From: Chromera velia
Lineage: Eukaryota
Reading direction: 5' to 3'
DNA: 51,961 nucleotides
Assembly: GCA_018398765.1 (NCBI GenBank)
Contig: JAHBMJ010000267.1
Location: 1 to 51,961 of the forward strand
Shown here: positions 37,001 through 49,631 of the stretch, piece after piece
How positions within the stretch are numbered: position 1 is the first letter of the stretch
How the letters are laid out: every line of letters begins with the position of its first letter
Notes under the pieces: model-generated
Told to the model about the DNA's origin: nothing
What the model saw: only the letters and a program-made list of their open reading frames with translations
The model's database searches: none
Made by a program: the position numbers and the translations under genes

Positions 37001-39532
37001 CAGTCGAGGGGAGGGTCCGTCTCTGCGGTCTCTTCTGCTGATTGCTGCAGCAACATCTGACTGTCAGGAAGACGCGGAGAAACCTCAAAGACCTCGAGCG
37101 CGCGTGCGTCAGTCAACGCTGTCAGCTGGCCAGGAAGTGGCCCTGCACCCACACGGAGAGACACACCACTGCAGATTCTAATGCGAACATCAGTGCATGA
37201 AAATTCAGACATATACAACTCACGAAGGCACCGTTGCTCCTAAGCATCAGAAGCTACTTGAGGACCCCTTCTTTTTTCATTCGTCTGCACCCTCCCTCCT
37301 GTCTCCCTTGCTCCCTCCTTTCCGTCCCACTGGTAGGCAGCATCTCCACACTGTTCCTGATACGAATCTATACAGGCGCACAAAGAGCGGGCCGCTTCTA
37401 ACCAGATGCACCGAGAAGACTGATTTTCCGCTGTCAAGGACTTCCTTGTCCCCCTTTGTCCATTTTTCAGTCGAAACGCATGTACTAAAAATACCTTCGG
37501 ATTTATACACAAACAAATCCATCCGAGGCAAACAGACCAAAAAAACGATCAACCAACCCACCCACCCTCCGCGAGAGACGCCACGGGAGAGTCTAGAACG
37601 AAAGCAAGGCTCAACGTCGCAGCATATGGCCACCTGCCTTCCTCTTCACTGTCATCTGCAGAGAGGGGGGCAGACAATAGATGACAAACACAAGCATACG
37701 TCTGAAGAGGGGAGGGCCGAGATAACTCTTCAGAAACAGGCGACAGAGAAAAATTCTGAACAAATTTATGATGGAAGGAGAGTCGATGCAAAAGACGGCT
37801 TCGTGGAAACATTTATCCAAAGAAAAGGCAGCAGGAAGCCAACGAAAGCTGTCACGCACCAATTACGCACGGGAGGGAACCGACCTGCTCTCTCTCCCGC
37901 GAGAGTCTCTCCCTCTTCCTCTGTCTCTTCAGTCAAGAAGGCTGCTGTGGTGTGGGCCTTCCTGGGAGAGGAGTTTCTTTCTCTTTGGATCCGAACTCTA
38001 GGGGAGGACGTCTGAGGTGTCCCTTTTCGCTTTGAAGGGTAAAAAGACCTGAGATCAACAGGGGAAAAGGAAAGGATATAACAACGCTCTTGATTCCTGG
38101 GGGAACCGTTGGCCTGAGGTCTGCAGATTTCTATGTAGGGCCCAAGAAAAGCCATCACGACGTGTCGTATCCCTGATTGTTGAATGAATCCATTCAAAGG
38201 TGCAAAGAGACCAGACAGGCATTTGTTTGAGTGGGGAAGGAAAAAAAAGGAAAAAGGTTACACCGGGCTCCATGCCCATTTGCCCCCCCCAGACTCACTC
38301 ACCATACTGCCAGAGTCCCATTGGCCATCCCTGTCACAAGGGCATGCCGTGGCCCCTCAGAACTCCCCCCAGCGTCCCCTTCACCCTCCCACAGCATCTG
38401 AGCACAACGCACCCACTCCTCGCTTTTCGACCTCGACCACAGGAGCGTTCCTGCATGCGTCCATTCAGACCATCCACAGAAATCGTCATCAAAATGCACG
38501 CCGAAACGCGGAATAAAATCAAAAAGAACAAATCAGGCCGCAGGGAATGGTCAGAGAGCAGATGAAAAACACACAAACGCTTCATCACTGCAGACCCTCA
38601 AGTAGATCGACAGACCTGTCCAGAGGCCCACAACGGCGACCCCTCCTCCAAACACAGCCACAGCCACAGGCCCCGTCTGGCCTTTCAAAACAGGACACAC
38701 AGAGACAGAGCCTGCATGGAATCAGCACAGAACAGAGAAGCTGACACAACACGTGTTCGTTGCCTTCTATTGCAAAGCCGCCTGGACTGCAAACGAGGGA
38801 AAAAAAAAAGCTGGAAAGACTCATCTTTGATAAGTTTTCTCTCTCTTTTTAGAAAAAAAAACGTTTTCCTCTGTGAAGAAGCCGGCATTTGCCAAGGTCT
38901 CTGTTTTTGCAACGGCAAGAAGTGGAATGCGAGAGGGTGGGTACGGCTTCTCTCCATTTTCGTTTTTTGGCTCTCTCTTCTCTTCATTCTCTCTGTCCCT
39001 CTTCAAGTCGACCCAAGCACCACTTTTGCCGGTTTCTTTTGTTTTCTTGCACATGAGGACGAACCCTGTTGCTGTGCTGTCGCCTGCCCCTTTTTTCCCG
39101 TCTTCATTGCGCTCCTCTGCTCTTCAGAGAAGGCCTCCACCTCTCCACAGAGGTCCAGAGTCCAAAAAGGAAGAGGAGACCCACACTCTGCCGCTGCAGC
39201 CTCTCTGTCCTTCTCTCGTGAGAGGGGGGAGGGTTCTGTCAGTGAGTGAGGGTTTGCTTCCTCTGCTGTTGCTGCGGGAGTGCTTGTTTTACACAGCCGG
39301 AAGATCTTCAAATGACCTCCAGAGTCGAGCTGCAGGGTGTAAAGACAAGCAGGAAATTGTTCATTGAAATTGGGCGTGCCATGCCAAAGAGACAAAAGGA
39401 AAGAGTAGACCAAACCGACTTGATACACAGTCCATGTGCTTCTGGTAGAATATGGGACGGCAGGCTTTAACGAAAGGCTTCTCGGTGAGGCAAGAAGCGC
39501 TGAGAAAAAACTTTGCTTCTGTCTCGGTCTGT

Positions 39533-39566
<34 letters not shown>

Positions 39567-39667
39567 CGTCTGTTTCTTTCTCTTGCCTCCTTTGTCTGTC
39601 TGTTTGTCTAATTTGTCGGTCCGTCTGTCTGCTTGCTTCTCTATCTCTGTCTCTGTCTCTATCTGTG

Positions 39668-39723
<56 letters not shown>

Positions 39724-39776
39724 TGTGTGTGAGTGTGTGTGTGCGACGTGCGCGTGCGTGCGTGCGTGCGTGCATG

Positions 39777-39816
<40 letters not shown>

Positions 39817-39832
39817 TGCGTGCGTGCGTGTG

Positions 39833-39890
<58 letters not shown>

Positions 39891-41038
39891 CATCGATCTG
39901 AACTCGCGCAGCTGCGGACTGACCACGACAAGAAGAGTCCCAAGGCATTCCCCTCCTTCGGTCTTACTTTTACTTCTTGGCATGCACAGGGAGAATGGTG
40001 GATCGGTTTGCGGAGAGGAAGAAAGGAAGGCCGTGTTTTTGCCCATGTTGTCTTTCCCTTCCCTGTGAACTTTTGGACCTTCCCGGGAGTCAGAGCAGCA
40101 TCCGCACTCAGCGGAGGAGCACGCGGCGTCCACGGAGAAAGCATCGTCTCCAACTTGCACAGCATCACTTCGACGCTGCAGTCAATCAATCGATCATTCA
40201 TCGATCAATCAATCAATCAATCAGTGAATCAGTCAGTCAGTCAGTCAGTCAGTCAGTCAGTCAGTCAGTCAGTCAGTCCATCAGTCGGTCGGTCAGGTAT
40301 TCGGTCAGTTGATCAAACTCCAATACACGTAGAGCAGTAGCATTTCTTTTTCGGCTTCGAGCCCCCTCAGCAACCAGTCTGACACATTTGTGACTGGTCT
40401 CTCAGTCTCCCTGCCCGCCCGACTCCCCCCAAGACGAACCTCCAGATGAGTGTCAAAGACGGTGAGGAAGGGTCCCACTAGAGCCGCTACTCCAAGCAGA
40501 GGAGCGTCTGCCATCGTCATAACACCTGCCGAGCCCTGAATGCCTGAGCCTGATCCTTTCCGAGAGACAGGCAGGCACGCAAGACTGCCGGGACTTGAAA
40601 TGGCGGAGCAGCCGGGCAGCCTCACTGATCTTGCCTGCAAAAGGGTGCAGAAGAAAACCCCAATTCCTAAAATTCAGCTTCTACTCATACACGAGGTGCA
40701 CGCATGCAGACAAATTGTGCCAGAAAACAATGTGTCCGTCTACGTCAATCGCGGTTCTTAGCAGACGGACACATGCACTGATAGGTAAAGACACGGAAAC
40801 TTGGAAACACACAACCAGGGCTATGCATTACCCGACAGACCAGCTTGCCGTCGAAGGAATAGGCTTGCAGCAGCCAGGAGAGACCCTCCTCTGGTCTTTC
40901 CTCTTCCGTCTCTCCATTCAGAGAGCAAGAGAGCAGGAACACCAACGGACAAGTGTTGTGCACAGCGACTGCGCATTTCCTTTCATCCGACCTAGGAGAC
41001 CCTGTATTGAAGTGCTTGCAGTCACAGAACAGTTCCAT
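22858..41038 (-). CDS. Giant multi-exon protein (>4100 aa) with WD40/beta-propeller-like segments, long S/P/E/R-rich disordered regions and a C-terminal coiled-coil
   Basis: Phase-consistent GT-AG exons traced by hand: 38711-38616, 38450-38303, 38048-37860, 37168-36679, 36192-36112, 35893-35778, 35469-31256, 31050-29915, 29589-28951, 28604-25017, 24639-22858 (12479 nt). Further probable exons lie near 39329, 40170, 40630 and 41038; the 5' end is uncertain. WD-like strands: [56 protein letters not shown]. Confidence 0.75.
24641..24764. repeat. (CA)n/(GA)n microsatellite at an intron acceptor
   Basis: Visible directly; ends at TGTGCAG|ATG on the minus strand. Confidence 0.95.
36202..36610. repeat. 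59-bp intronic minisatellite, about 7 near-identical copies
   Basis: Unit ACAGGCATACAGGCGTTTTGACCAAAAGAATTGGCATAGAGACATGGAGACACAGACAA, repeated head-to-tail without spacers. Confidence 0.95.
39530..39890. repeat. Compound intronic microsatellite (TCTG, CT, GT, GCGT)
   Basis: Visible directly in the sequence. Confidence 0.95.
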
Positions 41039-43406
41039 GGTCAGTCACGAACTCAACCAGCAAATAGACGGCTGTGCAGACCTCTGGCTGACTTCACTCT
41101 TCCTCAAGCATGCACACAAACCAATCAACAGAGAAGTCACTCGTGCAACAGATAATTTTGTATGTACTGCTCTTCACGGCAATGGACGGACTGGACCTTT
41201 TGGGAGAAAAAGCTGTGTGCGGAAGAGTCACTTTCTAAAGGTAACGACACAATAGAAAGAAGAGGAAAGACACGTCATACATAAGGCAATTAATCCATTT
41301 GAATCCGTTAATTTGAATCCTACCTACATGCATGCATTAAATTATATTGTATACGTACTCCAATTCGCGATCAATACATATAAAATTCAGTCAAAGCGCG
41401 CTCATGCGCATTGCGCGTCCGCGCTCTTGAACACTTCGGCTTAAATTTGCATGCGGATCGAAGTTCTACGAAGTTCCTCGTACACGCACTGAGTAACTGT
41501 TACATAACTAGATCGTATACACGCAGTTACAGTCTGCCATATATGGGGACGCGGCATGTATAACAAAACCCTCAATCATCAGTTACAGTCTGTTCAAATG
41601 GCTCTAGCTAAGTCTATCTGCTACGATATTATCTATCAGAACATTTTCCATATATCTTAGAGACTATCAGTCAGCTTAAACACACGTATCATATTATCTT
41701 CTGGAGGGCTAGTTGAAGGTGAATATATACCTATCATTGCTGTTCTACTCAGACTATTCTTTCAACATTTGCAGGTCTCAATATCATATCACGTTGTCTC
41801 TATCGCTACCCAGACAGCTGTTTCGACTTATACGAATTATGATGCAATAAAGTCTCTTCAGTTCTCTTCAGCGGGGTTTCAAAGACAGTCACTGCTTTGT
41901 GTATTCAACTATAGGACATTGACACGCGTTTGAGGCCAGGTCTGTCGGCTAAGAGTGTGGTCCGATTTGTATGCAGCCGATTTGCTAGCCGATTTGAGTT
42001 AATGCGCGTCTGCTCTTACATTCGTCTTAGTTCACCCCTTTGCAATTCTCATGTTATAAAAATTACCTGGAACATCAATGTCATGCTATGCTAATAGAGA
42101 TGGTTGGAAGCTATGAGGGTTTGCGTTTGGAGTTCCAAATCAGACATTTGGATATATACGTCAGGTCATGCGCAACATTTATGTTAGGATAAATCACTAA
42201 AAATTGAATAGAATTGAGGCGCCGGGTTAAGGCGGTCTAACGCCACTAGTTGTGACGTGTATGCCCATCGTGGTGTGAGCGTTAGTGAGTGCCCCGCCTT
42301 CGCGTGTCGATTGTGATGGAACCGGCCCGTGTGTATGCACGTTATTCCGGGACCGCGATCAAAGTAAGCGTGCACGTCATTGCATGCGATTTAGCCATAT
42401 GAATCAACAGTTGTATTTCTGTTGTATGAGAGTCAGACTGACAGAAACAGAATGAACGAGCGAATAACAACAAACGCCTAGCATGATAAACCTTCCGTCT
42501 GACTAACTGTCTCTGTCTCGATGAGCCCTCGTCTGCTAACGTATAGCTAGCCACTACGCTACACTAATGAGTGTTCAAATCAAAATCTGAATAAAAAGAT
42601 ATAAAATAAACAGACTACTTATGTTCTTCGACTTTGTTTCAAGTCATTTCTTAGCTTATTTCACATATTTCACCGGCCTCCGGCAGTAAACGGCAAGCAA
42701 AACATAGAGCATTGATGCGATGTTATTTAGATTGTTATTTAAAAGCATTTAAAAATTATGAGTGAATCAGAATCAATGATAGATCAAAATTTTAAACTCT
42801 AAGATCATAACATCTCCAACCTTTCTATTCTGAAAATTTAACCTAGATAAATCAATCATTTACATGTTAAAAAATATGTTTTACTGAATTAAATATATTT
42901 AAAAAACTTCAGCTCAGCTTGTAATGCTTAAAGTGTCTCTTATAATCAATCCATCAGTCAATGATGATCAAAGTTTTTGTTTAATCAATTAATCAGTCAA
43001 TGCTAGCTCTAGCGACAGATAGACATAGCGGGAAGACCCAAGGGTGGAACATATCAATCAATCAGTCAATCCAAACTAAAAAACACTACATTAAGTAACA
43101 CTTATAACAATTAATCTCTTCAATCAGTTTTTAAAGCTCAGCAATCAGTTTTTAGAGCTCAGGAACACCAAGGTTTATCGAATCTTTATTCCATATTAAG
43201 GTCATGGTGGAGTGTGTCTTAGAACCAAAGGCATCAACACCTCGGCTCAGTTCAGACTGAACCGACTATGATACACGCCAGCCATAATACACGACAAAGC
43301 CAGTGAGTGGATCAGGCATCTGAGTGAGGTAGTGGTGGTACCAAGTGGCACCGTGATTACCACGAGAATACTTAGGTTTCTGACTGAGGCTCCTTACTCA
43401 AGCAGT

Positions 43407-43718
43407 TCAACCACCGAACCCGTAGATGGTCTTGCCCTGTCTCTTGAGAGAGTACACGACATCAAGGGAGGTGACGGTCTTCCTACGGGCGTGCTCGCAG
43501 TAGGCAACGGAGTCACGGATGGCGTTCTCGAGGAACTGCTTGAGGATGCCACGGATCTCCTCGTAGATGCCAGAGGCAATTCTTTTCACACCACCTCGGC
43601 GAGCGAGACGGCGGATGGCGGGCTTGGTAATCCCCTGGATGTTATCGCGGAGAACCTTGCGGTGTCTCTTGGCGCCACCCTTTCCGAGACCCTTGCCGCC
43701 CTTTCCACGTCCGGACAT
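43407..43718 (-). CDS. H4: Histone H4, intronless, with a divergent fold domain
   Basis: [46 protein letters not shown]...YGFGG, 103 aa, intact ORF. Confidence 0.99.
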
Positions 43719-44259
43719 CTTGAGTTGGTGAGCGAAGTAACTTTGTGTGACGGAAAGAAAGACTGCGCAATCTCAGCAAGGGCGTTTCTTGGCATACCAC
43801 GAAAATTCTTCAGAGGCTACCCGGCCGCTTCTCCCCATTTGCCCGCAAAAATTTAGAGCACGTATTTTGGATTTTTTGCTCCCCCGTCATTTCCTTCCAA
43901 CGTCGAATCATTTTTGCGTTTGATTTTTCCGATACAGAAAAAGGATTTATTTTGAAAAATATTTTTTTGAAAAAGAAAATAAGTCTCGCGATACAGTAAG
44001 AAAATTATATATAGGGCAAAACTAAAATATAGATATCTATATTTTCATGTTTTAGAAACTGACCTATATATAATTTTTCATTCTTCACAGCTTTCTGCAG
44101 TGTGTCAAGGCAGACAGCATCCCCTTGGAATGCAAAGCCACACCATTCTGGAACGCGAAAAGTCGGGATCCTTGTTCAGACTTCCCCTTGTCTGTCTGTG
44201 ACCTCCGGAAAAGAAGGCTGGGAGAACAAGGCTGAGAAAAGGGAGAGAGGGAAGGGAAG
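43719..44259. promoter_or_regulatory. Probable bidirectional promoter between H4 and the small + strand gene
   Basis: Two divergent start codons ~540 bp apart, with a very AT-rich core at ~43900-44085. Confidence 0.45.
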
Positions 44260-44762
44260 ATGCGCCTGTCCCTTGCAGCCCTCGCTTTGAGGGCGTCAAG
44301 GCCCTCCTTTGTGTTCCCAGGAATCAGAGGGAAGAATCTCACCAGGCCCACACCCACTCCAGGGCCCTACACAGGTCCTCAGGGATTTATTCAGATGCTC
44401 TGGGAGGAGCCTTGGGTCAGTGTGACGGTTCAACAGAGCTTGTGTTATTGTCCGTAAAGAGATCTGTAAAAAAGCGCATACCCGTGTGCTTATGGGAATC
44501 TCTGCCTCTGCCTGGCCTTTGCTTCAACATGGCTGCGTGATCTTGACCTGATCTACCAACGATCCTGCCTCCACCTTTGATCTATCCCGCCCAAACCCCC
44601 TTCTTTTCTGCCGTGCAGCTGCGAAAGACCCTCCTTCGTGAGTACTTCATGAAGTTTACCCGCCTGGCGGTCCCAGTGTACATCTACTACTTTTGGATCT
44701 GGAAACCGTACAAGAAGAAGAAGGTGGCAGAAGCGAAGGCAAAGGGGCTTCCTTGGCCATGA
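44260..44762 (+). CDS. Two-exon 99-aa hypothetical protein, putative mitochondrial single-pass membrane protein
   Basis: Exon 1 44260-44415 (TGG|GTCAGT) and exon 2 44619-44762 (GTGCAG|CTG after a pyrimidine tract), phase 0. Product MRLSLAALALRASRPSF...MLWEEPW-LRKTLLREYFMKFTRLAVPVYIYYFWIWKPYKKKKVAEAKAKGLPWP. The N-terminus is R/S/A/L-rich and acid-free, and there is one aromatic hydrophobic stretch. Confidence 0.72.
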
Positions 44763-45569
44763 GAAGGTGTGCCCATTTTTTTGTATGGAATGGATTGACT
44801 CTCTTCAGTCTGCATTTGCAGTGCGTCTCCTCTGTACGGCTCCTTGCTTTCAAGTGTCTGCATGTTACTTAGCCCGTGCCTTTTTCTGGAGCACGAGACC
44901 AGGGATTCAACGTGCCGCTTCTTCCTCTCCGCCAATGCATCTGTGTCCTTGTTCTCTTCTGTGTCCTTGTTTTCTCCTCGTCTCCTCATCTGCGCCTGTT
45001 TGCACCTCTCTGTCTCAGCCTGTGCCTCTCCTGTGTGTCTTCGGTTGCTTCGTCGCAACCTTCCTCGCTGTGCCGCACCTTCCTCCATGATTTGCCACCT
45101 GCCTTCTGCCTCTCCGGAGATTCATCTGCCTGACTGCTTCTGTACCTGCCTCTCCGGTCTCCGGCCTGTTGTCTTCGCGGCTGTGTTCCTTCCTCTACTC
45201 CGCCCTCGTGGTGCTTGGCCTGTTTGATGCTCTGCTCTGCGTGTCTGCCTCCAGAAACGTCTTGCGGCCTCCATATCCCCATTTTCCCTTCGCTCCTCTG
45301 CCCGGGCCCTGCCTCGGATGCCGTGTTTGAGACTACATAAATATTAATATCATGTGCTTCAACGTGAATCCAGGAGAGAAGTGGCTGTTGAACTGTTTCC
45401 AACCCTGTGTGCCGGCCTGCCTTTGAATGAATGAATGAATGAATGAATGAATGAGTGAAGGAAGGAGGAAGGGAAGAAAGAGCGATAGACACATAAAGAG
45501 AGAGACAGAGTGAGAGACAGGACAGAGAGACTTAGCAGTAGGAACGCACAGACTTAGAGAGGTACGCCC

Positions 45570-45611
45570 ATTCATTCATTCTTTCTTTCTTTCACTCCCC
45601 TTCTGTCCTTG

Positions 45612-45654
<43 letters not shown>

Positions 45655-46184
45655 TTCTTTCTTTTCTTTCTTTCTTTCTTTCTTTCTTTCTTTTCTTTCT
45701 TTCTTTTCTTTCTTTCTTTTCTTTCTTTCTTTCTTTCTTTTCTTTCTTCCTTGCGTCCTTGCTTCCTTCCTTCCTTCCTTCCTTCCTTCCTTCCTTCCCT
45801 TCCTTCCTTCCTTCCTCCCTTCCTTCCTTCCTTCCCTTCCTTTCTTCCTTCCTTCCTTTCTTCCTTCCTTTCTTCCTTCCCTCCCTCCCTCCCTCCCTCC
45901 CTCCCCTTCCTTCCTTCCTTCCTTCCTTCCTTTCTTTTCTTTCTTTCTTTCTTTTCTTTCTTTCTTTCTTTTCTTTCTTTCTTTGTCGCTTTCTTTGTCG
46001 CTTTCTTTCTCGGTTTCTTTCTCGCGTTCTTTCTCGCGTTCTTTCTCGCGTTCTTTCTCGCTTTCTTTCTTTCTTTCTTCCTTTCTTCCTTCCTTTCTTT
46101 CTTCCTTCCTTCCTTCCTTCCTTCCTTCTTTCCTTCCTTCCCTTCCTTCCTTCGTTCGTTCGTTCTTTCTTTCTTTTTTTCTTT

Positions 46185-46224
<40 letters not shown>

Positions 46225-46300
46225 TGTTTGTTTCTTTCTTTCTTTCTTTCTTTCTTCCTCTCGAGTGCTTTTTCTTGCATCCTTGTTCCCTTTTTTTCTC
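45570..46300. repeat. Long pyrimidine microsatellite block (TTTC, TTCC)
   Basis: Visible directly; explains the spurious K/E/R-rich and F/L/S-rich ORFs here. Confidence 0.95.
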
Positions 46301-46972
46301 TCCCCCCCTCCCTCTCTGCCCGCCCCTCTCTCTGCGGCTCTCCCCCACTCTCTCTGTGTCCTTCTCCCACCTCTTCTCTGTGGCTGCCTCCACCTGTCTC
46401 TAGCTCTCTCTCTGTCAATCTGTCTGCTGATTTATCAGTCTCTTCTATGCCTTCTTTGGTCTTTAGATCTCTCTGCGTTTCTTTCCTGTTTGTTCTGTGC
46501 CCGAAAGAAGGAAAAAGCAAGACTTGAGATCTGTACGTCATTTGTTGTCTGCCTCTGTGTCTGTTTCGCGCTCTGTATGTGTGTATGTGTTTATGTGTAG
46601 GTGTGTGCATGCGTACGTGCGTTTGTGTGTACGTGCCTGCGTGCGTGCGCGCGCGCGCGCGCGTGTGTGTGTGTGTTCGCGCGCGCGAGAGCGTGCGTAT
46701 GTCCGCGCTCATTTGTCCCACGTTCCTAGGCCCCTCTTTCTCTCTCGTATCGCATGAATGACGGGGGCTTTCAAAAAGCAACGTTGGTCTCCTGTCCATC
46801 TGTCTGCTTGTATTGTGTCCTGTGTGTCCGTCGGGTTTTTTCTTCGCCCCTGGTTTCCCTGTCAGAGCAGTCCCAGGATTGCGACAAATTGCCTGTTCTT
46901 GTGTTCTGTGTCTCCAGACACCCCCGCAACCCCATCTGTCTGCTTCTTTCCCTTCCCCCCCCCCTCTCTCTC

Positions 46973-47011
<39 letters not shown>

Positions 47012-49631
47012 TGTCTGTCTTTCTTTCTTGCTTTCTTTCGGGAAAGAAACCATGTAGTCTGTTGTGTTCACGAAGAAGAGGAGGGAAAGAAACCATGTAG
47101 TCTGCCTGTCTTGAGGACGTGATTGCGTCTCTTGTTTGCTCGGCTGTTCCCTCGTCGACCTTGTTGCCGGCATGGCCGCCGCCTCAATCATTCAGTCTGC
47201 AAGGGAATCGGCATTCCGAGATTTCTTCATTGCGCGTTTCCGCTATGGGACCTTTCGTTGCGATCGAAAGTGCCGACTGCTTGTTAGCTTCATTGCAAAA
47301 GAAGACCACCAAGCAAAATGTGACTGTCCACTGAGAATCCACCAAGTAGATTCCTTTCTGCATGACCGTGAAGCCTTTTGTTCTCTTCCCTCTGCGTGCA
47401 GGTGGACGGAGTGTCCAGAAGGAAAAGTGAAGAATGTTCAGAAAGCGGCCAATGAGCTCGTGGATCGATGAACCGTTGCGTGCATGGACGGAAGAGAGAG
47501 GGCCCTCGCTCCATGGCTGCCTTCTCTCTTCTACTTTTTTCTCCAGTCGCTATCTGTATGGCTCTCCCGGAGGAAAAGGGACGGGCTGAACCCGGAAGCT
47601 TCCGGGGCTTTCAGAAAGAATGGCCTGTCCCTTCAGTGTTGAGCCGTCGTGTGGGGCTGCCGCCGTAATATTTCGGCAGGCGGAGTCGTCAGGATTCAGA
47701 GGAGAGCGACATGGAATCATGCAGAAAAGCGAAGGGGTCATTCAAAAAGGTGGAAAGATCTAGGGAAGAATGGTGGGCCGCATTCAATACCACCTCGTTT
47801 TCTAGCTTTCACCAAATGTAACTATATATTATTATTAGATTCGCAAGTCAAATCCCGAGTGAAATGTAGTGACTAGTTTAGTAAAATGCATGTCATTGCA
47901 TGATGAGTTATAATACGAGTACCAACATGTATACATACGATTAATACTGATTAATTGATCTACTGATTATGTATGGTGTTTAGTATAGTATCATTAATTG
48001 ATTGATTCATGTTCCTGACAGCAGACCAGACTTTTTTTTTTTGTTTACTTTTAGGACTAAAATGTCAGTAGGGATCAGTTTACAGCGTTGTGAGTTTACT
48101 TAACAAATCACAGCCAGATAGAGAATAATATAACTGAATTTGTTTTTTAATTAAGTTGAATTGAAGTAGTTAAAGCCGGTGATAGCTGGTGAGCTACCAC
48201 TAATACTCTTACCAGCCACTATAATTTGATTAGCCATCTTCCTCCTCTCCTCTTCAATACGGCGTCTTCACTGAGTTCACTCGTTTTCTCCTGCCTTGTC
48301 CTCTTGTTATTTTGTCTTTTCTGCCACCTTGACAGAGTAGTGCTAACGTATGCTAACGCTCCCTCTTCTGATGCTCCATCCGTTGATTGTATTGTATTGT
48401 ATTGTGGCAGACTCTCGGCCTGCGGGGCTGCGGCTTGCATACCACAAATTACGGCCGGTGCTTATTTCGTAAAATGGCACTTTTTAAAAGATCATGGTGC
48501 ATGCGTCCCCAGCCGGCAATCTGGCATGCAGTCGAAATTGCCGCGTCAGTCGATCTGCATCTCTTTAGTGTCTCTCTGGTCTTTCGATCTGCATGCATAC
48601 ATATAACCTTTTAGCCTGTTCGGCTGGAACACCGGCCAGCTAGCATCGATTTGGAAGCCTATCGCAAGCTGCTTGAAGCAGAGAGGCATCTGCCCTGTCA
48701 ATCACCTTCCAATCAGCTGCTCTTCATGTGGGCAAAGACAGAAAAGACTTTCAGTGCCTTTTCTTTTCAAAGACTTCAAAATGAGATCGCGTGGTGTATT
48801 CAGATTTCCGATCGAGAAGCGATCGGAATGTCCCTCTGTAGGTTCTCCTCTCCTTCTCGCTGCTGTCAAAGCTGTCTTTCTCTTTGTTGAGTGTCGCTTC
48901 CTGTTCGGAAAAGCTTTGAACTCTCATCGATGTGGTATGGCGTGGAACTACCTGGGCGTGCATGCGACATGTCCATGCATGCATACATGCATGGTCGATC
49001 AGACTGAACGTCGTGTGAACGTCCATCCTTTCGGATTGGATCGGATCGGTGCCTCTTTGGACAGCTGCTGCATTGCTCACGGACTTCTCTTCCTGTCAAT
49101 ATTTGGAGGGATGCTTGTTCGTGCGTGAGTCTGCCGCTTTGTGACCTTTCTGTTCGTTTCTCTCTTAATGAGTTCTGTTTTGATGTTTGGTTATTCTTTG
49201 CTGCGACATGCTGCATTCAGCTTAATTGCCATGCGCAGCTAGGTGTCGCTCAGTTTTGGTTTCAAGCCGCATGAAGAAGTTTTTCTTTGCACACATCTAC
49301 TTCTTCTTTCCACTTGGAGTTGCTTTCTATGGAGGAAAGGTTGCAATCGGCGGGATGTCATTGATGTCACTTTCGGTGCTCTCCATTGTTCTGATTCATC
49401 CGTGAATGCTCCCCAGCTGCCCCTCTCTAAGGACCTCCTCCTCAAGAGCCATCCCTCAGCATTCTACCCAGCTTTGTGTCTGTGTTGGCTTTCTTGTACC
49501 ATTGTGTGCACTGTGGGCATTGTGTTTCGTCTTTTTCATGGTCAAAAAATGGGCTTCACCCATGTGGACCATTTCAATGCCCATTTTTCTGAGAATGGAA
49601 ACCATTTCTGACCTCCTCTGGGTACCAAAGT

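Noticed and set aside
37197..38015. 272-aa + strand ORF
   Set aside because: Antisense to an intron and exon of the giant gene, with no recognisable features.
43332..43856. 174-aa + strand ORF
   Set aside because: Antisense shadow of histone H4.
45572..47096. 506-aa and 273-aa K/E/R-rich ORFs and their F/L/S-rich antisense frames
   Set aside because: These are translations of TTTC/TTCC/CA microsatellites.
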